DNA of 63,312 nt, filler included, from Octopus bimaculoides (taxonomy: Eukaryota), in the NCBI RefSeq assembly GCF_001194135.2. It is 9 parts of 9 records of this genome, joined end to end, with 100 filler letters (N's around TTAATTAATTAA, not from the genome) between each part and the next. Parts side by side here need not be neighbours in the genome. Positions count along the whole stretch, not along the records: positions 34,834 to 53,459 come from NC_068991.1; 8 more parts are not named here. One strand, 5' to 3'. Under the pieces are notes generated by a model. The model saw only the letters and a program-made list of their open reading frames with translations, was not told where the DNA came from and did no database searches. This document shows, piece by piece, positions 36,008 to 48,948 of this stretch. Numbering within the stretch: the first letter of the stretch is position 1; every line of letters begins with the position of its first letter. A program made the position numbers and the translations under genes.

Positions 36008-36954
36008 NNNNNNNNNNNNNNNNNNNNNNNNNNNNNNNNNNNNNNNNNNNNNNNNNNNNNNNNNNNNNNNNNNNNNNNNNNNNNNNNNNNNNNNNNNNNN
36101 NNNNNNNNNNNNNNNNNNNNNNNNNNNNNNNNNNNNNNNNNNNNNNNNNNNNNNNNNNNNNNNNNNNNNNNNNNNNNNNNNNNNNNNNNNNNNNNNNNNN
36201 NNNNNNNNNNNNNNNNNNNNNNNNNNNNNNNNNNNNNNNNNNNNNNNNNNNNNNNNNNNNNNNNNNNNNNNNNNNNNNNNNNNNNNNNNNNNNNNNNNNN
36301 NNNNNNNNNNNNNNNNNNNNNNNNNNNNNNNNNNNNNNNNNNNNNNNNNNNNNNNNNNNNNNNNNNNNNNNNNNNNNNNNNNNNNNNNNNNNNNNNNNNN
36401 NNNNNNNNNNNNNNNNNNNNNNNNNNNNNNNNNNNNNNNNNNNNNNNNNNNNNNNNNNNNNNNNNNNNNNNNNNNNNNNNNNNNNNNNNNNNNNNNNNNN
36501 NNNNNNNNNNNNNNNNNNNNNNNNNNNNNNNNNNNNNNNNNNNNNNNNNNNNNNNNNNNNNNNNNNNNNNNNNNNNNNNNNNNNNNNNNNNNNNNNNNNN
36601 NNNNNNNNNNNNNNNNNNNNNNNNNNNNNNNNNNNNNNNNNNNNNNNNNNNNNNNNNNNNNNNNNNNNNNNNNNNNNNNNNNNNNNNNNNNNNNNNNNNN
36701 NNNNNNNNNNNNNNNNNNNNNNNNNNNNNNNNNNNNNNNNNNNNNNNNNNNNNNNNNNNNNNNNNNNNNNNNNNNNNNNNNNNNNNNNNNNNNNNNNNNN
36801 NNNNNNNNNNNNNNNNNNNNNNNNNNNNNNNNNNNNNNNNNNNNNNNNNNNNNNNNNNNNNNNNNNNNNNNNNNNNNNNNNNNNNNNNNNNNNNNNNNNN
36901 NNNNNNNNNNNNNNNNNNNNNNNNNNNNNNNNNNNNNNNNNNCTATAGTGTACT

Positions 36955-37336
36955 AACGATCTGGTATAATTGCTCACGTGTTATTGACTCTCTTTCCATC
37001 TGCTGTAATAACTCACATACACATTCATGTATCACTCACATACACACTTTTCATTGCATGACGGCCTGTCTTTGATTATGTTCTTATATGTCGCATTCAC
37101 ACTCTCACACAGACATACATCTTTAACGCTACAATAAATATATCTGTTATTCATCTAATACGGTTGTGGTCTTTCATTACTGGTCATCTATGTTATCGTC
37201 GCATAACATATTATATATATCATCCATCGATATATATTTTGTGTTCGACCGTGTGACACGTTTAAATAAAAGGAGTCCTGTTTTTCCATTCGTCACCATT
37301 TCTCCTTTTATGAATTCGCACGGTCGTTCCCTTACA
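36955..37336 (+). mobile_element. LTR family 1, 3' part
   Basis: Colinear with ~13685-14048; ends GTTCCCTTACA followed by (TA)n. Confidence 0.7.
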
Positions 37337-37511
37337 TATATATACGGCGGGCTTTTTTCAGTTTCCGTCTATCAAATCCACCCACAAAGCTTTGGTCGGC
37401 TAGAAGTTGTAGTTGAAGACACTTGCCCAAGGTGCTACACAGTGGGACTGAACCCGGAACCACACAGCTATACTTTTATTTTTTCCTTGCATTTTAGTTT
37501 TGATACAAGCC

Positions 37512-37896
37512 TGTAGTGTCGCACAGACGCGCCATATTGAGATCTCGCTGGCAGCCATTAGCTGCTCGAGACCGGAGCGAGATCTCACAACCTTCCGGCG
37601 AGCATGCGCAACAAGACAGTAAACCTCTCCAGAAGGACGCTTATATAAGACAGCTCTTGAGCTTGTTCACCCTCTCTGTTCCCGCGCGCCTCTCACGCTA
37701 GAAGCAGTTCGTCTCACTAGCAGCAACTCGCTGCCTCACACATACAACACGGTGGACAATACACTACGTTAGAGATGGCTAACGAGAGCCAAACTTCGAG
37801 CCAGTGAATAAATGTTATTCGGATTTGTTATCTCACTTTGTCTTCGACTTGATACTTCGTTTGAGTGGCTTTAAATTTATAATGGGAGACACTAGA
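37512..37896 (+). mobile_element. Probable solo LTR (family 2)
   Basis: Ends TGTAGTGTC...GACACTAGA (9-bp inverted ends, one mismatch), internal TTATATAAG and AATAAA; no clear TSD. Confidence 0.55.
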
Positions 37897-38129
37897 TACC
37901 CTACCAGTATCTTGGCCAACAATGGCCTCCCGTTATAAGCCCTTATTTCCTTTTCCAAGTAAAGAATAACATATATTACTGATTTCCTCAATCTAAACGA
38001 ATACGCGCGCACACTCATATTCACACTCAGACACGCATATATACATGTCTTTATGTATGCTCATCCATAGGTGTGTATAATAAATATATATATGCGTATA
38101 TATGAGTGTGAACGGACGTCATGGATAGG

Positions 38130-38629
38130 TCAGCCTCATAAGTTGGAATTTCGGTAAATTTCGATACTTACACCCGCACAATTTTCACTAAGAAGAGGAG
38201 AATACTCGGGTTTTTTGCGTGGAATCAAGTACTCTGACCTCCTAATATGCTGCAAACCCCTTATTTCGAGTCGGAAAAAAAAGGTGTGGGGACCTGATCC
38301 GCCACTATCCCGGGATCATTGGAATTTTTTTTTTCTTTGAATGTATTACGGTGACCTCCTAACATGCCACAAAACCCTTTCCTTAGTCCGGAAAACGGGG
38401 TAGGGTTAGAGTGGAACTCTCAGAAATTTCACCCTCTCCCCATCCTTGGGAAGTACACCAGCACGATTTTCATCAAGAAAAAAATATCTCGGATTTTTTG
38501 CGTTGAATCAAGTACCCCAACCTCCTAATATGCTGCAAACCTCTTATTTTTCTTCGGAAAAAGGAAACCGGTTCTCCCTATCCTGGAATCATTAGAATTT
38601 TTTTTTTCGTTGAATGCATTACGGTGACC
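38130..38629 (+). repeat. Modular dispersed repeat, family 2
   Basis: Tandem units TTTTGCGTGGAATCAAGTAC..CCTCCTAATATGCTGCAAACC; interrupted at 38630 by a Merlin derivative; inverted copy at 41265-41577. Confidence 0.7.
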
Positions 38630-39723
38630 GGATCTTTGTGGTTTTCGTCACTGTTTACAATTTTGTTCCAATTGTTTTCAAATTTGGTATATCGATTAAG
38701 TTTTGTATACTACTTATGAAAATGAATTTCATTTTCCCTATAAATCCATAACTAAAACGTTATTAGCCTTTAAAAATTGCGAAATTTGGGTATTTTAGCC
38801 AATCAGAAGCGATTATTTAAAAAATCGGTTTCCATAGCAACAAAAAGCGGTTATTTTACACTGTTTCCATAGTAACCAAAGATGCTGCGCATGTGGACAA
38901 GGAATGTAGGAAATAAACACCGGTGTGGGACACACCATTTCATGGTTGACCCTTATCTTTGTGAATTTATGCGGAGAAGGAGATATGAGGAAGATAATTT
39001 ATTTTATAAAATCCTAGAGTGTATTGCAAACTTTCGTTCTTTAATTTTTTAGACTAATGTTTTGACTGTTATTTCTAGCAACTTCTGTTGGTTTGTTCGT
39101 AGCTTTCAAATGTTAAATTTGTACGCGAATATTTCAATACTCTTTTATTTGTTTCAGTCATTTGACTGTGGCTATGCTAGAGCACCGCTTTTAGTCGAAC
39201 AAATCAACCCCAGGACTTATTCTTTGTAAACCTAGTATTTATTCTATCTATGTCTTTTGCCGAACTGCTAAGTTACGGAGATGTAGACACACCAACATCG
39301 GTTGTCAAGCGGTAGTAGGGGGACAAACATAGACATATACATATGACGAGCTTCTTTCAGTTTCCGTCTACTAAATCCGTTCAGAAGGCTTTGGTTGGCT
39401 CGAGGCTACAGCAAAAGACACTTGCCACGCAGTGGGGCAGAACATATGTGGTTAGTTTGCAAGCTTCTTACCACACAACCACTGCTGCGCCTATGTTAAC
39501 TTTGCTCGTGTATATTTTAATGTTTTGACTAAACGCGCTGTTTTCTGATTCGCTGAAAGTTCTTAAAATTATCAAACTTTGAACACCTGTAACATTTTTG
39601 CAAAATATTTCTGGAATAAATGAATAACAAATTCGGATTTAGCATCAAAAATTACATCTATAAGGTACATTAAAAAATTTATTTAAAGATAATTGTGAAC
39701 AGTGACGAAAATCACGAAAATCC
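38630..39723 (+). mobile_element. Non-autonomous Merlin derivative
   Basis: TIRs GGATCTTTGTGGTTTTCGTCACTGTTTACAATT and AATTGTGAACAGTGACGAAAATCACGAAAATCC; near-TSD CGGTGACC / TGGTGAT(n); internal MVDPYLCEFMRRRRYEEDNLFYKILECIANFRS*. Confidence 0.85.
39140..39495 (-). mobile_element. SINE family A nested in the Merlin derivative
   Basis: Family A tail, body and head motifs in reverse orientation. Confidence 0.85.
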
Positions 39724-40369
39724 TGGTGATNNNNNNNNNNNNNNNNNNNNNNNNNNNNNNNNNNNNNNNNNNNNNNNNNNNNNNNNNNNNNNNNNNNNNN
39801 NNNNNNNNNNNNNNNNNNNNNNNNNNNNNNNNNNNNNNNNNNNNNNNNNNNNNNNNNNNNNNNNNNNNNNNNNNNNNNNNNNNNNNNNNNNNNNNNNNNN
39901 NNNNNNNNNNNNNNNNNNNNNNNNNNNNNNNNNNNNNNNNNNNNNNNNNNNNNNNNNNNNNNNNNNNNNNNNNNNNNNNNNNNNNNNNNNNNNNNNNNNN
40001 NNNNNNNNNNNNNNNNNNNNNNNNNNNNNNNNNNNNNNNNNNNNNNNNNNNNNNNNNNNNNNNNNNNNNNNNNNNNNNNNNNNNNNNNNNNNNNNNNNNN
40101 NNNNNNNNNNNNNNNNNNNNNNNNNNNNNNNNNNNNNNNNNNNNNNNNNNNNNNNNNNNNNNNNNNNNNNNNNNNNNNNNNNNNNNNNNNNNNNNNNNNN
40201 NNNNNNNNNNNNNNNNNNNNNNNNNNNNNNNNNNNNNNNNNNNNNNNNNNNNNNNNNNNNNNNNNNNNNNNNNNNNNNNNNNNNNNNNNNNNNNNNNAGA
40301 GAGAGAGCGAGTGAGTGAGTGACGAAGTTTACCTAAACTTTCAATGGTATAGCAATATACTATATTATA

Positions 40370-40620
40370 CATCATCATCATCGTTTAATGTCTGCTTTCC
40401 ATGCTGGCATGGTTTGGACGGTTTGACTGAGGACTGGCAAACCAGGAGGCTGCATCAGGCTCCAATCTGTTCTGGCAAGGTTCCTACAGCTGGATGCCCT
40501 TCCTAACGCCAACCACTCCGAGGGCGTAGTAGGTGCTTTTTAAGTGCCACCGGCACGGGGGCCAGTCAGATGGCACTGGCATCGACCACGCTCGAAAGGT
40601 GCTTTTTCCATGCCGCCGGC
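40370..40620 (-). mobile_element. RTE-type 3' tail element (family D)
   Basis: Similar to 5838-6135. Confidence 0.7.
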
Positions 40621-40658
40621 GAAATTTTTTTCCTACAAGAGTTCCGGACCCCAGTTAT

Positions 40659-41255
40659 GAACTCATTTGCATACAGCCAATCAGAGCGCGACTATCAAAC
40701 TAGTGTCCACCTAGTCACGAAAATATTCTAGTTGAGTTCAGTGGAAAATGTGTTATAGCAAAATCTAACTGTTCTAAACTGGTTAATAAGGGTGACAAAT
40801 ATGAAATTTAGGGTATGAAGTGAAAGGTGAGCTGCTCACAGATGATGCCATAAGTATTGCTAATTTGCGTAATTTACTGGAAGATGTAAATGAGTGTAGT
40901 TTCCTAATTTTTCGACTGATTTTGTACATTCCTAATCTAAAATGTTGGTGTTGATCTGGAAACATTGGAATCAATAAGGCGTTGCGTCGTATTGCGCCCT
41001 CCATGGATATATCAATGCGTATATGCAATATCACTAATCTCAGTCTGAGTATAGGTACCTAATGTTAGCTCAATATAGAGATGGTGCTCAATTGATCTAT
41101 AAGGATGGTGGGGGAGAATGTGGTGCTTATGTGAAACCTACAATGCTCTACTCGCAGAGTGACATACACCATTCTATATCTGACTATCTGTACTGTAGTA
41201 GGACACAATGTAGATTTTCAAGGTGAACTCTGATTGACTGTATGCAAATGAGTTC
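40659..41255. mobile_element. TIR-bounded non-autonomous DNA element
   Basis: Inverted repeat GAACTCATTTGCATACAGCCAATCAGAG (40659-40686) versus CTCTGATTGACTGTATGCAAATGAGTTC (41228-41255). Confidence 0.7.
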
Positions 41256-41264
41256 GTATTAGAT

Positions 41265-41577
41265 CAGGGTACTTGATTCCACGCAAAAAATCCGAGTTTT
41301 TTAACTTAATGAAATCGTGCAGGTGAACTTCTCAAGGAGGGGATGGGGGTTCCACCCCACCCAGTTTTCCGGACTAAAAAAAAGGGTTTTGTGGCATATT
41401 AGGAGGCTACCGTAATTCATTCAACGAAAAAAAAAAAAATTCTTATGATTCCGGGATGGGGGGAGTGGGTTCCAGTTTCTCCCCCCCCCCTTTTTTTTCC
41501 TAGCAAAAATAAGGGGTTTGCAACATATTAGGAAGTCAAGGTACTTGAGTCCACGCAAAAAATCCCGAGTTTTTTTT
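41265..41577 (-). repeat. Modular dispersed repeat, family 2 (inverted copy)
   Basis: Reverse complement of the units in 38130-38629. Confidence 0.7.
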
Positions 41578-43472
41578 NNNNNNNNNNNNNNNNNNNNNNN
41601 NNNNNNNNNNNNNNNNNNNNNNNNNNNNNNNNNNNNNNNNNNNNNNNNNNNNNNNNNNNNNNNNNNNNNNNNNNNNNNNNNNNNNNNNNNNNNNNNNNNN
41701 NNNNNNNNNNNNNNNNNNNNNNNNNNNNNNNNNNNNNNNNNNNNNNNNNNNNNNNNNNNNNNNNNNNNNNNNNNNNNNNNNNNNNNNNNNNNNNNNNNNN
41801 NNNNNNNNNNNNNNNNNNNNNNNNNNNNNNNNNNNNNNNNNNNNNNNNNNNNNNNNNNNNNNNNNNNNNNNNNNNNNNNNNNNNNNNNNNNNNNNNNNNN
41901 NNNNNNNNNNNNNNNNNNNNNNNNNNNNNNNNNNNNNNNNNNNNNNNNNNNNNNNNNNNNNNNNNNNNNNNNNNNNNNNNNNNNNNNNNNNNNNNNNNNN
42001 NNNNNNNNNNNNNNNNNNNNNNNNNNNNNNNNNNNNNNNNNNNNNNNNNNNNNNNNNNNNNNNNNNNNNNNNNNNNNNNNNNNNNNNNNNNNNNNNNNNN
42101 NNNNNNNNNNNNNNNNNNNNNNNNNNNNNNNNNNNNNNNNNNNNNNNNNNNNNNNNNNNNNNNNNNNNNNNNNNNNNNNNNNNNNNNNNNNNNNNNNNNN
42201 NNNNNNNNNNNNNNNNNNNNNNNNNNNNNNNNNNNNNNNNNNNNNNNNNNNNNNNNNNNNNNNNNNNNNNNNNNNNNNNNNNNNNNNNNNNNNNNNNNNN
42301 NNNNNNNNNNNNNNNNNNNNNNNNNNNNNNNNNNNNNNNNNNNNNNNNNNNNNNNNNNNNNNNNNNNNNNNNNNNNNNNNNNNAAAAGACTGTATCCGTG
42401 GAGAAACACTTTAATTTAAATGTTATAGCATTCAAAATGTAGAAACACATGGGCCAGCTTCAAGCGAGGGCGATCTTTCGTTTTCACCCGATGACTTAAG
42501 AGTTGGCTGCTATTTCTAGCAGGTGGAGATAACATTTAAAAGTTTGTGTGGAAATCAGCGCAAACAATATGAAATGAAATGAAGGTTGCGGATTGGCTAA
42601 AATTAAATTATTTTAAATGTTTGTAACTTCTTTATTATTAATTTTTAGAAAAAATGAATGCAATTTTCATCATCAGCATATAAAAGAAAATGAGATCTGT
42701 ATGTTTTGAGAATATTCTGATGAAAATTTGAAAAAGTTGAACTTGTAACAACAAAATAAACAATAATGTCATTCTGTGACACCTTTTACTCGGAGAAAGC
42801 TTACGAAGGAGATATAAAAGGATCTGCCTATTTTCAATACTTCTAATATACAGGTAATTTATTATTAAGCAAGAGCTATTTAAGAACGTGTGTATGTGCT
42901 TATTTAAAAATGAGATAAAATGTTGAAAAAGAAAATTTAAATAGAATCAGTTACACTTTTACCTACACAAGTGTACCACACCCCAGCTTCACTTCCGCAT
43001 ATCTTTCAGAAAAATTGATACTTTTGAATTAGATTTTTTACAAATATTCTTCAAATGATGTAGATTCCGATTATGTTAGAATTTGTTTTGAAAAAAAAAT
43101 TTCCGATAGATAGGGAGAGGAATTTCGGAAAATTCATTTACTGATTTCAACGTATGAGATGTTAAAAGGTAATACAGGTGTCAGTTGCTTATAAAGATAA
43201 TTAGTTTTCAGTGGCAAAAGGCTTGAATAGGATCAACTACTCTTTTGCGAAATGTGGCTTTCACTTCTGACAGCTAATAGCATGACAGTGCCCGAAACGT
43301 TAATAACTGAAGGTTGGCCCACATATTTTCCAAAAACTCAATTAACAGCACACCCACAAGTTTTCTATTCATCTTCTGGGTTAGTTGCCTTCACTACGTC
43401 TTGGAATTCAACCTACTGTGATAGGCAAAATGCGCCCCTGAACACCAGGCCAGAAACTTCTGTCATTCGTTG

Positions 43473-43529
<57 letters not shown>

Positions 43530-44554
43530 ACCTGTTGACTCACGCGAGTTCATTCTTCTTTTGACGTATCTTGTTTTTCAACTTCCACGTGTCCGAAAAC
43601 GTCCATACTAACACCTAAATTAACCTCCGTAGGCCCGAATATGCAACAGACACTGGGTNNNNNNNNNNNNNNNNNNNNNNNNNNNNNNNNNNNNNNNNNN
43701 NNNNNNNNNNNNNNNNNNNNNNNNNNNNNNNNNNNNNNNNNNNNNNNNNNNNNNNNNNNNNNNNNNNNNNNNNNNNNNNNNNNNNNNNNNNNNNNNNNNN
43801 NNNNNNNNNNNNNNNNNNNNNNNNNNNNNNNNNNNNNNNNNNNNNNNNNNNNNNNNNNNNNNNNNNNNNNNNNNNNNNNNNNNNNNNNNNNNNNNNNNNN
43901 NNNNNNNNNNNNNNNNNNNNNNNNNNNNNNNNNNNNNNNNNNNNNNNNNNNNNNNNNNNNNNNNNNNNNNNNNNNNNNNNNNNNNNNNNNNNNNNNNNNN
44001 NNNNNNNNNNNNNNNNNNNNNNNNNNNNNNNNNNNNNNNNNNNNNNNNNNNNNNNNNNNNNNNNNNNNNNNNNNNNNNNNNNNNNNNNNNNNNNNNNNNN
44101 NNNNNNNNNNNNNNNNNNNNNNNNNNNNNNNNNNNNNNNNNNNNNNNNNNNNNNNNNNNNNNNNNNNNNNNNNNNNNNNNNNNNNNNNNNNNNNNNNNNN
44201 NNNNNNNNNNNNNNNNNNNNNNNNNNNNNNNNNNNNNNNNNNNNNNNNNNNNNNNNNNNNNNNNNNNNNNNNNNNNNNNNNNNNNNNNNNNNNNNNNNNN
44301 NNNNNNNNNNNNNNNNNNNNNNNNNNNNNNNNNNNNNNNNNNNNNNNNNNNNNNNNNNNNNNNNNNNNNNNNNNNNNNNNNNNNNNNNNNNNNNNNNNNN
44401 NNNNNNNNNNNNNNNNNNNNNNNNNNNNNNNNNNNNNNNNNNNNNNNNNNNNNNNNNNNNNNNNNNNNNNNNNNNNNNNNNNNNNNNNNNNNNNNNNNNN
44501 NNNNNNNNNNNNNNNNNNNNNNNNNNNNNNNNNNNNGTATAAAAAAAAACTGTA

Positions 44555-44830
44555 GGAAATGAATATGAAAACAAAAATGCCCGGAAAGCAATGGGGGTGG
44601 TATGGGGGAGAGGCCTTCGGAAAATTCACAAGAGCCGATGTTTTTCCCTCATAACTTTTAAGAAAATGGGATGTTTTTAATGAAATTTTATATAAATACG
44701 TTTTTCAAGCGGTATAGATTACGATTATAAACAAATTTGTGAGGAAAATTTTTTCCGAGGGAATAGAAAGAGGACTTCGGAAAATTCACAAGATCTGAGT
44801 TTTTCCCTCGTAACTTTGAGGAAAATATAA
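44555..44830 (-). repeat. Modular dispersed repeat, family 1 (inverted copy)
   Basis: GAGGACTTCGGAAAATTCACAAGATCTGAGTTTTTCCCTCGTAACTTT is the reverse complement of the unit at 9640-11395. Confidence 0.75.
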
Positions 44831-44944
44831 TCCTTTTGAAATCACAAATTAGGCTTTCCTCATGAACTGAGCACTTGACAACATTCTAGGGCTGTGAGCA
44901 CTTGACAACATTCTAGGTACTAGGTGCTCAATCTCAGTCTTTTC

Positions 44945-45200
44945 TTCACCCAGGACTGCAGCGCCATCAAGAAGATGAGCTGCAGAAAGACATGCCTCAC
45001 AAATGGAGCCCACACATGCTCACAGCCCAGGAATTCTTGCAGCTGGTGCAACCTGGATGCATGTTTTCACATCAGATGCTACAGCATGTCTAAGCCGCTA
45101 TGCAGAGGGTGCTGGCAGCAGACTGACCACCTGACCATTGGAATGCATCCCTTCCACAAGAAGCTAAATAACAGACACTCCAATATGGTCAAGCAGTAAC
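44945..45200 (-). mobile_element. L1/Tx1-clade LINE post-RT fragment
   Basis: ILECLLFSFLWKGCIPMVRWSVCCQHPLHSGLDML*HLM*KHASRLHQLQ..WAPFV resembles the FLWxG...V....C..P...GGLG.P motif of L1/Tx1 ORF2. Confidence 0.65.
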
Positions 45201-45269
45201 TGGGGCAAATAATAAAAATAATAATATTAATAATAATAATAATCTTTTCTACTGGGCACAAGGCTTTGA

Positions 45270-45463
45270 AATTTTTGGGGAGGGGATTAGTCAATTACAG
45301 GATCCCAGTGTTTCACTGATACTTAATTTATCGACCCCAAAAGGATGAAAGGCAAAGTCAACCTTGGCGGAATTTCAACTCAGAACATAACGACAGATAA
45401 AATACTGCTAAACATTTTGTCTAGTGTACTAATGATTCTGCCAGCTCACTGCCTTCATATATC

Positions 45464-45500
<37 letters not shown>
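45270..45500 (+). mobile_element. SINE family C, 3' part with (TAA)n tail
   Basis: ATCGACCCCAAAAGGATGAAAGGCAAAGTC body shared with 23207-23385. Confidence 0.65.
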
Positions 45501-45887
45501 CAACAGCAACAATTACACTGGTCAACAAGTTTTTTCATCAAACATATGTCAAGGTGTACTTAGTGTAGTTTTTAATGTTGATTTCAAATATACAATTAGT
45601 TTTTTGACATCATTTACAGTTTTCAAGATGAGAAAGTTTTGGGGTTTTAGTTCATGCATTATAAAGAAATTTCAATTAAAGATGTGCGTGCATGTACTTT
45701 GTTTACATCATGGAAACAAGCCTTTGAAATAAACTACATTATTCATTGCTGCATAGTTCAGATGCAATATTTCATCTTAAATTAATGCATGTAATTCAAA
45801 TTTTTAGAAAGAAAAAAATAAAAACTCATCTATTTTAGACATGTCCCCACCCACTAAAACAGCAACCACCATTAAAAGGATTTTTAT

Positions 45888-46413
45888 TTAATTTATCCCA
45901 CTTAAAAGTGGATGTTGTGTTAGAACACAGAATACAGCAACAGTTACCATGGAAGAATCTCTGATATGGTCTTTTGGTGCATGTAAGCAGTCTTGTTTAT
46001 GCTGCTAGCAGGAGATAAATCACTGCCGTCAAGACTATCAGATCATGTGATTTCAACCTTCCCTGGCCTTCTTAATGGTAGATACTCAACTGGTGGTATA
46101 CATAGAACCACAGTATCTAATCAGATGCTGGTGTCATGAATAGGTAGTGAGCTTACTAAAAAATATCTAGTAGTAATGGGAGCAGTATTAATACTGAAAG
46201 ATATTAATGCTATCTCCAGTTGAGTGTCTGCCATTCAGAGGCCAGGAAAAGCTGAAATCATGTGATCTGGTAGTCTCAGTGATGGCAGTGATTTATCTTC
46301 TGCTAGCAGTGTGAACAAAATTGTTTATATGCACCAAAAGACTGTATCAGACATTCTCTCATGGTATCTGTTGTAGTAGTCTAACACATCTACTTTTAAG
46401 TGGGGATAATTAA
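45888..46413. mobile_element. Foldback palindrome (~200-bp arms, ~120-bp spacer)
   Basis: 45888-46093 is an imperfect reverse complement of 46216-46413. Confidence 0.85.
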
Positions 46414-47188
46414 TAGCTTTTGGTATTAAGACTGCTTCTGATGCTACTTGCAATTTTTATATTAGTTTTAGTAGTTTTATTGTATTTCACTTTCTGGAAC
46501 ATTTGGAATTTACATTCTAAAGAAGACAAAATTTCTTTACCCCCATCCACCAATCTTAGCTCTCTACATGGAAATGATTTTGTCTTTATTTTATTTTTAT
46601 TATTTTTCTCTTATATTTTTTCCAAATTGTAAAATCTTTTTTCTATATGAGATAAACATTAAATCAAGAGGATAACAAACTATGTTAAAACTTATATTAT
46701 TTACGTTGACATAATTTATATAAAATTTCATTTTATTAACTCTCTTTTTCATCACTTACACAAGATAAAACTAAATGAAAATAAACACAAAGTCTTACTT
46801 AGACAAGGTTCTGTTATGAAAAATTGTTGCTATTTGATGGGCTGAGGGAAAAACAAGATATTTTTGGTCTAATTATAATATTCTTCAATAAAACATGGTC
46901 CCATGGGTGAGTTTGCTATTTCAGCAGTGCAGTGGCTGTAGCAATGTTTCCCTACATTAGTTTTAGATGGCCAAGTAATTTAAGTATTATTTTTGAGTTA
47001 CTTATTTTCGGTATTTATGTTAGTTTTAATCCTATTTGCTCCAAAGTTATAAATTTGATTATATTTATATTAATGATTTTTGCAAGTGATATTTGAAAAG
47101 CAGCAAAAGCCCTATTTACCTTGTGTATAATTAAGTTTTAAAACTTCTTTCTTTTCATTTTTAGATAAATCTCATACCAGCATTGAAG

Positions 47189-47383
47189 ATGACTACTAGA
47201 TTCAAGTACATTGCAATGACAGTAACAGGAGCACTACATTTGGCCCTTGGAATTCTTTGTATCATTATTTCAATAGTCGGTTTTATCATAAGAGCTGATA
47301 AATATTCCTATTATAACTATAGGTACGTAGAGTACTTTCCAAACAGACGTACTGCTGCTGGATCATTTATTATAAGCCTATGG
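47189..47383 (+). CDS. MS4A/CD20-like membrane protein, first coding exon (exon starts 47165)
   Basis: Acceptor TTTTCATTTTTAG at 47164, ATG at 47189, MTTRFKYIAMTVTGALHLALGILCIIISIVGFII...AAGSFIISLW, donor GTAAGT at 47384 (phase 0). Confidence 0.8.
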
Positions 47384-48165
47384 GTAAGTATTGGTGTTGT
47401 TTTGTGACAGTTGCATACTGATTAAAGATGTATTGATACACTTAAATCTTTTAATTGTTAATATTGATGAAAAAAGTCTTTATTGACTTAGATTTCAAGC
47501 TGTTCTTCTTTATTTGGTATAAGGTACCAACACTACCATTTTGCATGTTGGGGGTCATAGGTTGATAGTTAAGAGTAATTGAAACCTACCCAAAATGGTT
47601 TGGAGTACTCCCAAACTGAACATGCAATAAAATATCTTACAGCAGAAATCAAACTGTTTCAAATATGTTTTAACCCTATCCTTGCATAACATAGATGAAT
47701 TCACAGGTTGAAAATATTCATAAAGTATGTAAATGGGAGATTAGAATATAATGGGTCATGGGTAAGTATTACCTTGCTTGGAAAGAATTGAAGGTTGGTA
47801 ATAGGAAGGGTATTTGGCTATAGGGAATCTGTCTCAATGAATTGTGTCTAGTGTATTTACTTATTAAATTTTTCTATATGTGACTGTGAATTTTCATGAA
47901 TGAGCTCATGAACTTTGGTTCTTTTCTCTAAATTATATATTTATATATTATATACTGTGAAACTTAATTTAATTTTAATTTTTGATAAATTGAATTTAAT
48001 TGAGTTTTTACCTGTAAATTTGGATTTTTATCCCTAATATATATATATATATAAATATATATATTAATAGTAATAGTATGACAACAAAAGAATGAATGAG
48101 ACCTCGATACTATGTAAATAGAGGAATTTATCTGTAATATAATATGTGATAATTATTCGGTTCTA

Positions 48166-48221
48166 TAATAAAACTCCCGAGTTTCAGATGTCGGGGTGGA
48201 AATCTGCTCCGTCAGTTATTA
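48166..48221 (-). ncRNA. Decayed hammerhead-like motif in the Penelope terminal region
   Basis: TAATAA-CTGACGGA-GCAGAT..ATCT-GAAACTCGGGAGTT-TTATTA: stems I and III present, core and stem II damaged. Confidence 0.4.
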
Positions 48222-48948
48222 ACACAAACAAAAATGCTATGAAAATGACCATTAAACAAAGGGAAATTTCTATGTAGATGATTGTTATTAAGACAAACAA
48301 AAAGTGCTATTAGAATGACCTATAAATAAAGGGAAGAAACCCGAAGGGGAGAAAGTAAAAAAGTAAAAACCGCTCATAGAATTCACGTATGCGCGCATGT
48401 ACATACATGCACACGCACGCACACACACCCACGTGCATGTGCATATATGGATATGCTCACTCACTCACGTGAAACACATAATGCACACCCACACACACAC
48501 CGATATGTGCACATATATATGCAACCATAAACATGTACATATATACATATCCACACACACGCACACACACACACATACCCATATGCACACAATTATATTC
48601 ATATACTCGTCTAAAATACGCATATGCTACTCATATACATATCCGCACACACACGTATATATACCCATATGCACACAAATATGTTCATATACACGTCTAT
48701 ATATGTATATGCACAAAAAAAAAATGCAGGGTGAAAGGTAATATACAGAAAAAAATATGTAAATATATATAAAGCAATAAAAATATATAGAAATATATTT
48801 AAAAATATGTAAAAATACATATATAAAAAAATAGAGAGAGATAAAATGCTTGTACATGGACACAATATAAAAAGCAAGTTATGTCCATGATCTTGAGGGG
48901 ACCAAAAACAACAAATATTTAGCCATATGTGGACATGATCAAAAAAAT

